The translations under genes were made by a program, and so were the position numbers. From Balanoglossus misakiensis (taxonomy: Eukaryota > Animalia > Hemichordata), in contig CM082584.2 of NCBI GenBank assembly GCA_040954595.2, forward strand, positions 7,521,919 to 7,585,918: 64,000 bases of DNA, read 5' to 3'. The notes under the pieces are model-generated. The model was not told the DNA's origin. It worked only from the letters and a program-made list of their open reading frames with translations, and did not search any database. This document shows positions 48,812-61,465 of the stretch, piece by piece; position 1 is the first letter of the stretch, and every line of letters begins with the position of its first letter.

Positions 48812-51768
48812 TTAAAAAGGGTGGCTTTGCATCTGTTGATCTTCGAATGCTGGATCGCTTTGCTCTCCTGTCTAGGAATACTCTTCTTTCGGATTAAATC
48901 TTTTCAATCATGTGCAGAACAAGGCAAATCATCCTAATTTTGTCACGATTTTCTCCTCCACTTAGCTTGATCGATTTCCCTAGATGCTTCTGTGCGGCGC
49001 CTAATTCAGTCAGTTTTGCAGAAGATGGCTAGTCCACTTCTTTTTTTTAAAAAACACACAGTGTAGAGATGGCATCAGGATGGGATGGAATTCAGATACT
49101 TGAGTGACTCATTAATCGATTTGCTGGTTAGCTAAAGATTTCAATGAGATCGGAATTTTCTTTGTATTTGCCAATATTTTCTGATAATTAACACATTTTT
49201 GTAGTCAGTATTTGTAAATGTGAGTTGAAGGTCTTTCGAACATTTTGGCCTTGGTGAGTTGAAAATATGTGTTTATAGATGTTCAGACGATCTGTCCACG
49301 TCTGCAAATCAGCCAAAAACAAAAACCAAAAGGGCAGAAAGTCGAGACTACCGGTACTCTAAGAAAAAAAATGGCAGGTGTTTCTTGTCGAGGCACGTCA
49401 GCTTTTCAGGGCAAATTCTCTTCAAAACAGGTGGCCCGGACAATCCGGCTTCTGTGGTTGTTGAGATTTTTCAACTCTTAATTTATGCCTGTCGGAGCTG
49501 CCTGTATTTTCATGATGACTTTCTCTGAAGTCGCACCAGATGTGACCTGTGTTTCAATTCTGTATTCACGCTTTCATGCGTCAGGTGGGGGGGGGGGGGG
49601 GGGGCTTGCCATGTGCAAATCAAATCTACAGGCAACAGTTCCCCAGATCTGTAGATTTACATTTACAAAATGTAACTGTATAAAAATAGTCTCGTGACCG
49701 AAAAATTGGTTGTAATATCAAGGATCAAGGTATTCAATGATGACATGGACATAGTTTATGAGAAAACACAGTTAATCTGAAAATTTGCGTGGGTCAATAT
49801 TGACTTGTTACAACATTAACTTTATTTGAATCTCGGTTCAGTGTAAAAACCATCACATAAATTAACCTGTATTTCATTTGACGTTCTAAGTTTTAAGGCA
49901 AATATGCCTTTCATTTCAAATCAATAAATCTGTTGTATTAACAACTGATGCGTTCTGTAAATATTTTTTTTATATTTCTGAGAGGCAGTTTACCGAGAAA
50001 ATGTATCAAATTTCATATCTGGTATGAATTTTAATACATTGAGTGACTGTTCAATTTAAAATATATTTCAAAATAAAGAGAGAAATTTTAGGTTGAGTTT
50101 GGAGCGAATGCTTGGTTTACATGATTGATTGGACCATTAAAATCATTTCATTGTCAAAACTCTCAAGGGAGGAAACATTGCTGGAGATATTACAGAATTA
50201 AGTCATTTGGTAAAATGGAATATGGTGTGGATTGAATGCTAAAATTCTGAATTTAAAATGAAAACAGCTCTACTTTTTTTTCGCGCTGAATTTTAATGAA
50301 CGGATTTTACTCATTTTGGCGTAAAATTCCTGATTGCCGTGGTGATTGAACGTGAGAAACAGACCTAAATTGTAACTGTAGGATGATGTAGATTTTGAAT
50401 GATGCTTCATCATAAACACTGCACCCAGCCATATTATCACTCAGTTTGAGCCAGCCAGCCGGTAAATGCAGATCTTGTCAATACGCGACTATTATCTACA
50501 GTCACTGCACCTCTAAAAGACTCGCCATTCTGCTCTGAATCGGTGTAATACCTCACAATTTCATGTGTGTCCATTGTCCTCGACATCCAGCCGATTGCTT
50601 GTGATGTGCGCCGCGCCTGTATAATTGGATGCGTGATCGGGGGGCAGAATTTGCATATGGCTGTGTCACGTACTCGCCCGGTTTTCATTGAGAGATTGAA
50701 CGGGAACGTTTGCCTGATGACGTAGATCGCGCTGTGTGTGACAGTCATCTACGTACTGCAGAGAGAGACAGAGAGAGACAGAGTGAGAGTGAAACACATG
50801 TATAGTGAAGGCCAATTTGTGTTTGTGAATTTTACAACTGCGGATAAGTACATGCGACGCGTAAACGATAGGGAATAATTTTAAAGCGACAACTCGGGCA
50901 ATGATCCTGTAAGTATAACCCAAATTGTGTGTATATATATAAACTTCAATTAAGATCTAATTGACAGGGAACAAGGCCACATAATTGACAGAAAAATAAT
51001 GCCATTAACAATGATGTTTCTTTTGTATTGACTTGATGGAGAAATGAAGGAAACATCTTCCTCCCACTGGTTGGGAGTCATTCATGTTTGAATTGACGAA
51101 TGGATGAGCTGAGGGACGCTAACCTATAGATCCAGCAATGCCTGCTGTCAGACCCGCAGTTTTTGTTTTGTTTTGAGCTGGGGGTGTTCTGCTACAATTG
51201 CGTGTATCATTTGTCTAGTGACATTGGGCAGTGTGGAATTTGCCTGGTACAGGAAATTGGCGCGGTAACATATGCAGGGTTTCCCCCCGCATGATGACCA
51301 GTATATTTTTCAGGATTGCACAGATTGCGCAGTCAATGTCACTATTAGAGGGAAATTCACTCGGGGCTTCGCAATGGTGAAAACGAGTGTGACTCGATAC
51401 TCCTGATACTTGGCCGATTTGACAGTAGGCACACCACACGCGTTATCTGGTTACAGTTATTACGACTGGCAGCGGTTCTGGTTCTCGGAAAGATGGAGGG
51501 AGGGGGGAGGAACTCGGTATGATGCGTATGTGTGCCTTGCTTGTTGTTATGACAGCCAGCACTCGCATCCAGCCGAGAGGAGATTGAGGCGAGATCGGCA
51601 ACAGTCCACTGAGTAACGTGTCCCAAATCGTCAGCCGTACCGCTGTGTTAACGCCCAAATCATCAAAAGTAGACGAGCCTCAATGATTAGTTTGGTGATT
51701 TTTGAAAGTGGGAAAAAAAAACCACGGTGAAATGGGACCAAGTGTAAATGGATTGTGTGTCTTAATTT

Positions 51769-51864
51769 CCAGAATCCAGACTTATGTATTTTCCACATGT
51801 GGGTGGAGCATATATAGTGAAAAAATACACAAGTCTGAATCCAGACTGCCTGGATTCTAGACTA
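51769..51864. mobile_element. Small hairpin/MITE-like element
   Basis: CCAGAATCCAGACTTATGTATTTTCC pairs with AAAATACACAAGTCTG...CTGGATTCTAGACTA. Confidence 0.45.
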
Positions 51865-53178
51865 GGCAACCATAGTAGCCTAGTTTTGCTACGTATGTTG
51901 GATCTATAATTGTACAGCACAGAGCTAGGGGCTTCTTGCTTCTCTCATACTACATGTATGTACCACCGATGGAAATATGAATTATTCCCTCTTTTCAAGG
52001 GGCTCCCGTCGGAAAACCGACACGTACGGCCGTGCTGCGAATTACAAAACGAGTCTGATTTTTCTTAATTGCCTGAATTTATAGCCAATTACGTCCAGCA
52101 CAGACCGGGTAATTGGTTAGTGACATTACAGAATGTACGAATTATACATCACGCGAAGTAATTGACATCTTTGTCTGGTTTGATTTTAATAAAAAGGGTG
52201 CCTGGTGATCGTTGACTTGGGGTGATTCATGTAGGTGCGACAGACAGACCGCAGCGCTGTGGATGCATTAGACTGGCCAGTAGTAAAATTTGTATACACC
52301 ACCCCCCCCCCCCCCCCCCCGAAAATGTGACTTTATCACATGGATGATCCACCCTTGACACCCCTCGATCCAAGTGGTGCAGTCCTCTGGCCTCTGGGAG
52401 GGTGGATGCCAGGGATATAAATTGAGAGCAACAGGGCAGGGCAGTAGAAGAGAAAACACAGCCAGAATTACACATTAAGTGACTGAAGCAATTGCGATAA
52501 TATGAAAATTGCCAGCAGTTTGGGAGGCTAAATTGACCATTGGAGACATTCCTGAAAATGAAGACAATTTGGCATCGGGGAGTAATTTTATGACGTCTTG
52601 CTTCACTCGCCGAAGGATATGCTCGGTTCGAGTAATATGAATTCGTGCAAGGGCTGCATTTTTCTGACCGAGGTAGCTGCTTTTAATCTGTCTTCATCTG
52701 TGGCCCCCAGATCCCTATAAACATGGCTGCAACTCCACCCTATTGATATCACGTACTCATGACTGAGACGTGACCAGGTGTTACGTCCATTTTCATATTA
52801 AAATCTGGAACAGTTTCGCGAATCAGCCCCAGTGGTTTTTCGATGGTGTCCATTGAGCATTGCACACACGCTAATGTCGCATGTTTAAAACCATAGCTGG
52901 TGGCCAGGCAATTTTGTGGTCACCATGAATTCCTGTATAAATGAAAGGTTTTAACTCTAATTCTATAGTTAAGGAAGAGTGTGCTTTGAAATCAAATTTA
53001 GATGGAAGATTTTCAAGTTGAATCACACATAATGCAACATTTTCACTGCAAAAGAAGTTTTTAATCTATTGCGGTATACTTGTAGTGAAAGTGCATTATT
53101 GAAAAAAATCGTCTCGTCAAATAATGACAAATTCACAATTTTTGACCGACTTTTCTTTCCTTCTTTGTATTTTTGCAG

Positions 53179-53448
53179 AGTGATTACGATGACCAAGAAC
53201 AAGCCCAGGAGCCCTCTGCCAGCCCCAAACCTCCCGGAAACGAGTTCATATTCTCCGTGCCGCGCAACTTCAAGCTAAGTCGGCAGCTGTCGGAGGACGC
53301 GAGGTACGCCCGCCGGGGGAGTCTGGGAGCGGCCCTCTCCACTCACCACCTGTCGGTCAGCACAAGCCATGGTAGTGGGGAATCGTCGAACCTCCTCCGA
53401 ATGAGACAAATGCTGGGACAGTCTGCCCCGTCTCTGTCAGCTAGCATG
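53179..53448 (+). CDS. MAST: MAST kinase N-terminal exon
   Basis: TTTTTGCAG acceptor, phase 0; KLSRQLSED...RRGSLGAALS...GESSNLLRMRQMLGQSAPSLSASM matches the MAST2/4 motifs KLxRQLSxD and SNLVRMRxxxLGQSAPSL; donor ATG|GTGAGC. Confidence 0.93.
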
Positions 53449-53496
53449 GTGAGCGTCAGCGTTCATGTTTTAACTCGTTTGGTTTTGTTTCTGATA

Positions 53497-53683
53497 CAGT
53501 GAGACCTGTCTAAACCGAACACCAAAGGGACTGAAGAAATTGTTCGGTTTGCAGAGGTGTCTGGTTTACATAGGTTCTTTTAACATGTGGTTCAATGTCA
53601 AAGGGACTGGAAAATGTGTTCAGTATAGATAGGTTTCCAGATTAGACACTGACAGGGTTCGGTTTAGACATGTTTTTATACTG
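53497..53683. mobile_element. Tc1/mariner-pogo-type MITE
   Basis: TA|CAGTGAGACCTGTCTAAACCGAAC ... GTTCGGTTTAGACATGTTTTTATACTG|TA; TA duplication; internal repeats (T)CGGTTT.CA and AAAGGGACTG. Confidence 0.8.
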
Positions 53684-54712
53684 TATATCATTCGGTCATC
53701 ATCTTTCAGTTAAATTGTCATTATTTCACCGATTAGGTGCACAGTTGCATCTTATCAATATTTGTCCCAAATAACGATAATCCATTATCGGTGTATATAT
53801 ATTATTCATCCCTGCATATATAATTCCTCAGTGCCACAACTCCTGATTCAAAATACCTCTTGTAATTCATTATCATTCATAATGTTGTCTTTTATCATCA
53901 TTCTCCCTCCTTCTGCCATAACACCAGCCCATGACCAAGACCCTAGTGTTACAGGTGTGTATAATTACAACTGGTGGTATTATCTGATTGTAGTCAGTCA
54001 GTATGTGTATGTGGGTGTGTGTACATGTATGTGTGTAAGTACAACACTGTACATGTTTATATATGCCTGTATGTGTTAAAGTTACAACGTATCCTGATAT
54101 CTGTAAGTACACTTGTTATCACTGAGTAGTTTATCACGTCGTCTCCTCCTAAAGTGATCACGCCCAATTGCCAAGGCAACACTATTACATTGACACAGTC
54201 ACTATCTTTGGACACTGTGGGATGTTGTGCAAATTAATGAGATGCTGTGCACACATGGTCAACATGTGTACACATGTGCATATACATACAGGCACACATA
54301 CACAGACATGCACACATTGCTTTCTGTAATGTAAACTATCATATCATAACACACTATCTTCTGTACCATTTCACACCTGGTATTAATCACATGTAGTTTA
54401 CCTTCCTGCACATTCATAGGCTTAGAAATGTATCACATCTGGTGATGGACCAATCTACAGAGACTGTAGATAATTGACCAAAAGTTGTGGAATTTTGACT
54501 TTCTTCAAATGAGCTGGTGTTTTTCTTTAATTAATACCGGTATTTCAAATAATATATAATTCTTATTCTGCAGCTTGGTTGGGTGAATCTGTCATGCTTT
54601 TCATTGTTCAACACTGTGTTACATGTACATGTAATGTACCATCCTGCAAGAATGTTTGAATTGAAAGTAATAATCATCACACATTTAATATGTTTTTCTC
54701 TTCTTTTTACAG

Positions 54713-54741
54713 AAGGAACTGAGCCTATCAAGAAGAGGAAG
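54713..54741 (+). CDS. MAST: MAST 29-nt microexon (KELSLSRRG)
   Basis: Strong pyrimidine tract + TTACAG; matches KELSLPRRG of vertebrate MASTs; donor AG|GTAACG, phase 0-2. Confidence 0.9.
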
Positions 54742-55236
54742 GTAACGCCAAATGAGAAATTTAAATTCAGACTTGGTGTCATTTTCGGTTTAGTATTCCC
54801 CAGAACAAAATAGCACCATGCATATTCATGACATAGAATCAGATAAATTGTACAGAGAACGGCCATTTTGTTCTTGGGAATGCCAAACTACAATCATGCC
54901 AACTTTGCGTTTCCAAACTGCGTTTTTTTTTTGTAGTGACAGCTCTAATGGATTGGCTTTGAACTTTATCGGGGCAATCTGCATAACCTGGCGATCTGCC
55001 AGCTCTAATCAGATTTTAAGACAAAAGAACCATCAATGTGTTCCCTTTAATCTCTGCGGAGTGCTTTCGTTTATTTTGTGTCATTTGCAGAAATTGCACT
55101 GTGACCGAGCACTGCCTGTGTATAGCTGTGCAGGCAAATTTTTTTCGAACTTCAGAGTTGAGCGATCACTTCCCATTCCCAGGTGATACCGTCCATCCAT
55201 AATGACTGACATCTTTCCCTCTCCTCTTCTTCCCAG

Positions 55237-55298
55237 CTGCCGTGGTAGGAAGGGGACGTCGCCAACTTTGCCGAGATCACACTCGCCGAATTCACATG
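55237..55298 (+). CDS. MAST: MAST exon (SCRGRKGTSPTLPRSHSPNSH)
   Basis: CCCAG acceptor; conserved TSPTLPRxHSP; donor G|GTAAGA, phase 2-1. Confidence 0.92.
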
Positions 55299-58200
55299 GT
55301 AAGATCGTTTGTCATATTCATGCAAAATGCAATCTATGACTTCCCATGGAAAGGGGGGGGGGGGGTCATTGTTTTGATACTTGGATAGAAGAGCACAGCC
55401 GCTGTTGCCGCAGTTTAGTACTCTCCCCCACTCTTAGACAGAAAAGCAAGTGTCTTGTTTTTTGCACCCCTGGAATGATACCAATCTTTGCCTTGGTGAG
55501 TGATTCATGTTTGATGTATGCTGTCACTTCAAAGGGACGTCCTCCCCTGGTTTTTAAGAAAACAGGTACCTGCTCTTTCTTTTGATGGTGAAATCTCGAC
55601 TAGCTATACATTTTTTTTATTATTGCATACAGTGATAGCCGTTTCTCATATTTAATTAAAAAAACTGCAAATATTGGTGAAATTTAATACCAAAATGCCA
55701 GTAACCCTCGCGACGTTATGTTACTATGGAAAGCAGAATCTAACTTTCAAGCTATGTCGTTTGGATAACACACCAGATTTTGATTCCCGCATCAAACAAA
55801 ACACCACTTAACAAATGTCAGTGATTTTCGACAATACACAACTCGCACGCATACTGTATAACCTGTTTGACTTTTCCGTACACGCCTATATATCATGAAT
55901 TTCTTCACATATGAAAACACTCATCCATTTGTGTTTATCGGTAATAATAGACAGTTGTGATTTTTTAGTAAACAATGAGTCGGGGGAAGTGTTATTGTAA
56001 TTAAAAATACAAAATGTAAAACTGAAATTTATAGATGGAAGAGAAATTGAAATTTTTAATACTCTGTGGGTTTGGTTGGGGGTGGGGAGAAGTAGATGGG
56101 GAGAGAATAAAAATTTGGATTTAGTAATCCGTAATGGATCTGAATACATTGACCGGGGATGACTGGAAGATCAATGCAGATTAAAGTCAATGATGTATCC
56201 TCCCTCGCGAGGCCTCAGTGTGAAATCAAAATGCTAACAACAGATTACCTCACGCATTGATTTCCTCACTTACCGTTAATATCAACATAATGCATGTCTT
56301 TGCTGACTACAGATAAAATAAAGTGGTAAATATGTTGTTAGCAAAAGTGTGTGGGGTGTTTTCATTCTACAGTTGTCTTCCCGGGGCGACTGCGATGTTT
56401 TCATATCAAATGACTTGCGATGTTAAGAGCTCTCGAGTTGACGCCTTGTAATGTTGTCATATCAAATTACACATTATGTGAAGTGGTTTGAGTTGACGAA
56501 CGGACGACGAACGTTGTGATTTACATGACCTGGCTGCCAGTGCTTCAACTAATCCTATCTGTCAATGAATTAATTTTAATTTGCTCTATCCCTTCTTTAA
56601 AAAATTATAATTGACCAGGAATTATTTGATGTGACAGAAAAAATGAACTGAGATTTAAATCATAATTGTACAAAACTGAATAATCTGAATTTTTACAGTC
56701 AACCATTATGGAAACATTAAAAACTCGTAAGGATTTATAACAGAAGAAAAGTCAAAATTTTACTGCAAATTTGACATTGATATATATTTTTTTATTTGGC
56801 AAAATTTATGTTATAGATATAAACAGAAAAAAATTAATTTAGCAAAACTCATGGGATTATCTTGAAGAATTAATAGAAAAAATTATCTATCTAGATCTAC
56901 ATGTATGTATAATGTTGAGCCTTCAGACTGTCTTTCTGTGTGTGGGTTCAGGTGGTACCAGGTACCCTACAGTGAACCTTGAAATGGTTATGATGACATT
57001 GAAACCCACGAAATGATCGGAATATCATCAGCCTTGACATGGCAGCGCACAGTGGCCCTGCCCCCACTTAAACACGACTACTATCTCGACAAAAAAAGCG
57101 GGGTGCGGCCTTGGGGACTTGGAGAGTGACTGTTTATCGACTACCTGCGCGATAACCAATAGAACGCCACTTTGTTTTGTGGGTATGTGTAACCTTGAGA
57201 GATATTGTGGAGAAGAAAGATGATATATGTCAGCATCTTCTTTGGATAGATTGTGTTATGGATGCACGTTGTGTGAGGGGTGGTCTCAGGTTACTGGACC
57301 TGGGAAATGAGTCTGAGAGCATTGCTTAGTAACAAGACCTCTGAGGTAAAATGGCGGTCATCCAACTGAACTCTGGGTACATCTCACCTTGAGCTGTCAG
57401 ATTTTGTGATGTCATTATTTCAGATTATTTGTGATATCTAGCATATTGCATTATTAATTATGTGCGCACTTCACATGAACATTCATGTACTGGGTAGTAC
57501 AATGTTACATTTAGAAACAATCAAAGCATAAAATATGGATGAGAAAAAATAGCACATTGCCGTTAGCCAATAGGCATGCTCATCATATCACATGATAAAC
57601 CATGATATCACCCATAATTACGAGCTGATTGGGCATACATCGTACGTTATTGTTTAAATGCAGTCGTAATCATCTATAAAGTAGATTGCTCACATCAAAG
57701 TTGCAGTCAAAACACCATAAAAAAATTGTGTAAACAAATCAATCAGAAACAAGATTCGGACTGATAAGGCCAGGAGACCTGTCATGCTGATGTCGTCGTG
57801 AAGTGATAAACAGACCTTGGGGTTTTGTATTGTAGAGGCAGAAGTAATGTGTCTGGGTAAGAGGCTTACCGACAAATTGTCAGTCCTTAATCACAGGGAA
57901 GGGATGTTAGAGTCATCCAGGGTAGTCAGATTTCAGATAGATCAAAAAAGCTTTCCGATCACTGATTGACCGTTATGTGAAGCCGTTGGGGGAAAAAATG
58001 TGATTCGATAATACGTTTCTTGCCTGACTTGTCAATTATATCCGGTTTTGGGGTCTGTTGCTCGGGCAGCGACCGTTTTTTGCCCGGCTCCTTCGAAATT
58101 GGATCTGAGCATGTTCTTTGCTGGAAGAGAGATCTTCAGGATGGTGTTTATTACTGTTTTTTTTATTTGCTTGAGGTGATGAGATTTTAATATCCAGATG

Positions 58201-59330
58201 TGTTGCTGATACTAGTAGCCGGTAACCAGCAAAAATGCCCAACAGCCTTGTAATATTTTCTTTACCTCCCCCCCCTCCCAAGAAAATTGCTTCCTTTTAG
58301 CCCCTCTCTACTAATGTTTCTGCTCACTCTATCAATTCTACCCCCTACATTTGTATTTTGGAATTTGTGGTAATCAAAATTTGGGGAAAACAGGGAGTTA
58401 TACTCAGCCACTGTACACTGTATGTGGCAAAAATAAACCGTATGGCTTTCACCAGCATATACACGCAGCTATTAACCATATACATTGTATTTGCTGGCAA
58501 GTGCAGCCAGTGCTGCAGGCTACAACTCCTTCGGTGCTACAGCCCTCTGAGAGTCAAATTAGCGCAGTAGAAGAAGAAAAAAAAGACGAGACGGCACATC
58601 GCGGAGATTCGAGTAATTTGTCTGGCCGGTTCCTGCAGTTGCAGTACTGGCTGACTGGCTGGTCAACTTCTGTATTAAATCTCTTGTCTGCAGACATCGC
58701 GATTTTTGAAGAAGAGAAAAAAATTCAGCGATAGTTTTGGTCTTGGTTTGCGGGTCCACTGATTAGTCTCTCTCTGCTTGCAGCGATACCGCGCAGAAAA
58801 GCTGATGAAGCTAATTTGTCTGGAGAGAGTTTTGCAGCCCACTCGGTTCTCCCACCGTTTGAAGAATCCTTTGTGAGAGTCACTCCTCCACTGCATCACA
58901 TGACTCATTGATGAGAGAGAGGGGGAGGGAGGGGGGGTGGAGGGGTGAGAGAGATTTCAAGACATTGAAAGCTTTTAGACATTAATACTAGTGGTAGCTT
59001 AACATTAGATCCAATATCTGAAATAAAATGATTTTATTGGGTCGATGAAACGGCAAAAAGTGGATTTGTGATTCTGTTTGCAATCCAGCTGTCAAGGAAA
59101 TTGAGTTAGAAGTGTGACTAGCCTCCAGCGTTGTATACTGTCAACATTCATCTAAATCTCAACTTACTAAATTTGTGTGTAAAACCAGTGGCACTTGAAA
59201 GTATGGAAATGTGCCAATCGTACCTGATATGATTGCAAAATGTTTTTATTCCCAGGAAGATATTAATCCAGGCTTTAACACGTACACAAATTATACTGAT
59301 TTCATTTTCTTTTCTTTTTTATTTGGACAG

Positions 59331-59482
59331 GGAGTCCATTGGAGAGTCCCCGGAATGCCTCCCCAAGCGGACCAGCTCATTTCGCGTTCGCGTCAGTCAG
59401 AAAGGCGGATGGCCGTCGGTGGTCATTTGCATCACTGCCGTCCTCTGGGTACGGGACAACCACACCAAGTTCTACTGTTTCT
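59331..59482 (+). CDS. MAST: MAST exon, start of DUF1908
   Basis: [51 protein letters not shown], with the diagnostic [17 protein letters not shown]; donor GTAAGT, phase 1-0. Confidence 0.97.
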
Positions 59483-60581
59483 GTAAGTATTATGAGGTAA
59501 TATTCTACCTTCTGGTAAACTGTCGAGATTGAGATTTGCATGCGCTGTGCTGTGTGCTGCATACCTATTCCAGAAAAATTTTGGCTGAAAATAATTTCAG
59601 GAAAATTGAGTCCATCATATTTTATGATGATAAGTTTCTATTTGTTAGTTGATATGGTGATTTTGTACATTCTGTTTTGCCCTTGATCTTGAAATTTTCT
59701 GTTGGCTCCACCAGCCCATGTTGACATCTCTATTCAGAATCTAGTTACAGGTACAACAGCACCAGAATGTCAAATCAGTGCCTCCCCGATCCCCACCAAT
59801 CACAAACACTGTTTTATGCAGTGTAGAAAAAGTAAAACAGGCAGTGATAGGCCAGTCTCACCCCAGGACTGCTAAAACAGTGTGGGTTGAACCAATAAAC
59901 ACCCAGTACATTTCTTTTGGTTGTTTTTTTTTTGGTTCAGTGCCACTGAGGGCAGCTTGGTCATGTACGCATATTAATGACATGCAGTCATTATCACCGT
60001 GATTACACAACAGGACAGGCTTTCCCCCACTTAATTTGAATATCATGCAAATTATCAGACATCTGGCACAAGCCAACACTTGGACTCTCTCAGGTCACGA
60101 ATTTCAAAATGGTCGCCCCTTGGTGTTGCTGAGCCATACCCTGCAATGGGCTGCCTCTTGCAACTCTGGCATTAGAGGAGTTTCATCACTTCCAAGAATT
60201 TGCAGTTTTCTCTCGGGCTCACCAGGTTTGTTCGTGTTTTAGCCATCATCTGTGAACACTATCGCTGCTTCACAGAAGTATACCATCATTTAGAGATTCC
60301 ATGTGTCCCTGCACTGTTTACTGAATCAGAGGTAACCATGTACAGTCAAGAATTCAAGATTTCAGTCTGTCACTACTGCTACAGTCAAAATGTAGAAAAA
60401 ACATAGAATGTGCCATTATGTACACCAGTGATTTTGAAAGGTCACTAATAGTCAAACCACAGATTTGCACTGACCATACCACACACACTGGCATCTACCC
60501 CAGTTGCCCGTGATCCTGTGGTACAGTACGTCTGTCAGTTTGAAGTACAGTTTTCTACAGGGGTGGTATGACTATCATTAA

Positions 60582-60615
60582 CCCCTTCATCGCACATGGT
60601 TCGGTCCAAATCTAT
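60582..60615 (+). mobile_element. Fragment of the CCCTTTCACC MITE family
   Basis: TTAA|CCCCTTCATCGCACATGGTTCGGTCCAAATC resembles the left end of copies B and D. Confidence 0.5.
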
Positions 60616-60861
60616 TTAATTCTTTTTATTCCGCTACTCTCTGTTTGGTACGTTTTTACTGTTTAAGCTAGGTTATCACTCAAAACATTGACTCAGTGCA
60701 CTCTATACCCAGACATTGATTTTCTCTCAAATCCAATTATGAATCAATGAAAATAATCAGCACTGTGATAATTCACACAATGTCATCGTAATTTTCTGGC
60801 TGTCAGTTTCACAATCCGCTTCCACAGGAATTACAGCCCGATTGTGACTGAAGTACTTTAA

Positions 60862-60934
60862 CCCTTTCACCCCCGGTTGCCTCTATAGAGGTCCAAAAAC
60901 AATGGATTTGGGTCAAACCATGATGTCGAAAGGG
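60862..60934 (-). mobile_element. ~85-bp TTAA/CCCTTTCACC MITE family, copy C (inverted, internally deleted)
   Basis: TTAA|CCCTTTCACCCCCGG..CCTCTATAGAGGTCC...CAATGGATTTGG..CAAACCATG...GAAAGGG|TGAA. Confidence 0.8.
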
Positions 60935-60984
60935 TGAAGGATCTTGTATAGACTCGAAAGCGAAAATTACTACTCGGGTAACAG

Positions 60985-61041
60985 TGGCTTCTCTCAATAT
61001 CGCGAAAATTTCAACTCGCGAAAATAACATGTTTTACAGTA
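60985..61041. mobile_element. One terminus of a TA-flanked (pogo/Tigger-like) element
   Basis: TCGCGAAAAT repeated twice, ending TTTTACAG|TA; the other end is not seen. Confidence 0.4.
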
Positions 61042-61298
61042 TTACTGACAATACAGTAGCTGTCTTGACAAACCAGGTGCATTGCTTTAATATGCTAATT
61101 TTTTAGACCAGAAAAGCAGTTTATATAGGGAGCAAATATAGTTTTTACCATTTTAGATGTAAAAAGGGTCATCTTCCTATAAACACAGAATATGAAGTTC
61201 CCCTTTTTAATTAATAACACAGCTCTGGGACTTATTCTTGTAATGCTGCACCAAGAAAATTCAACATCCTCTTTTTTGTCCACCTTCTGTAATTTTAG

Positions 61299-61465
61299 TC
61301 ATCCTGTTCCAGTCAAGAAAAACTTCATCAGTTGCCATATCAACCGACTCCAGATGAGCTCACGCTACTAACGAAGCATTTCAGTAGCAGCGAAAGTAAC
61401 CCTACGCCCGACGATGAAGGCCAAAAATCACCCTCTTTGCGGCGACCGCGTTCAAGGAGCCTGAG
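61299..61465 (+). CDS. MAST: MAST exon (DUF1908)
   Basis: [33 protein letters not shown]...RRPRSRSL; donor AG|GTAAGA, phase 0-2. Confidence 0.97.

Noticed and set aside
53069-53278. Alternative-frame ORF overlapping the MAST exon
   Set aside because: The conserved MAST motifs are in the other frame; relevant only as a possible uORF continuation of the phase-2 mini-exons.
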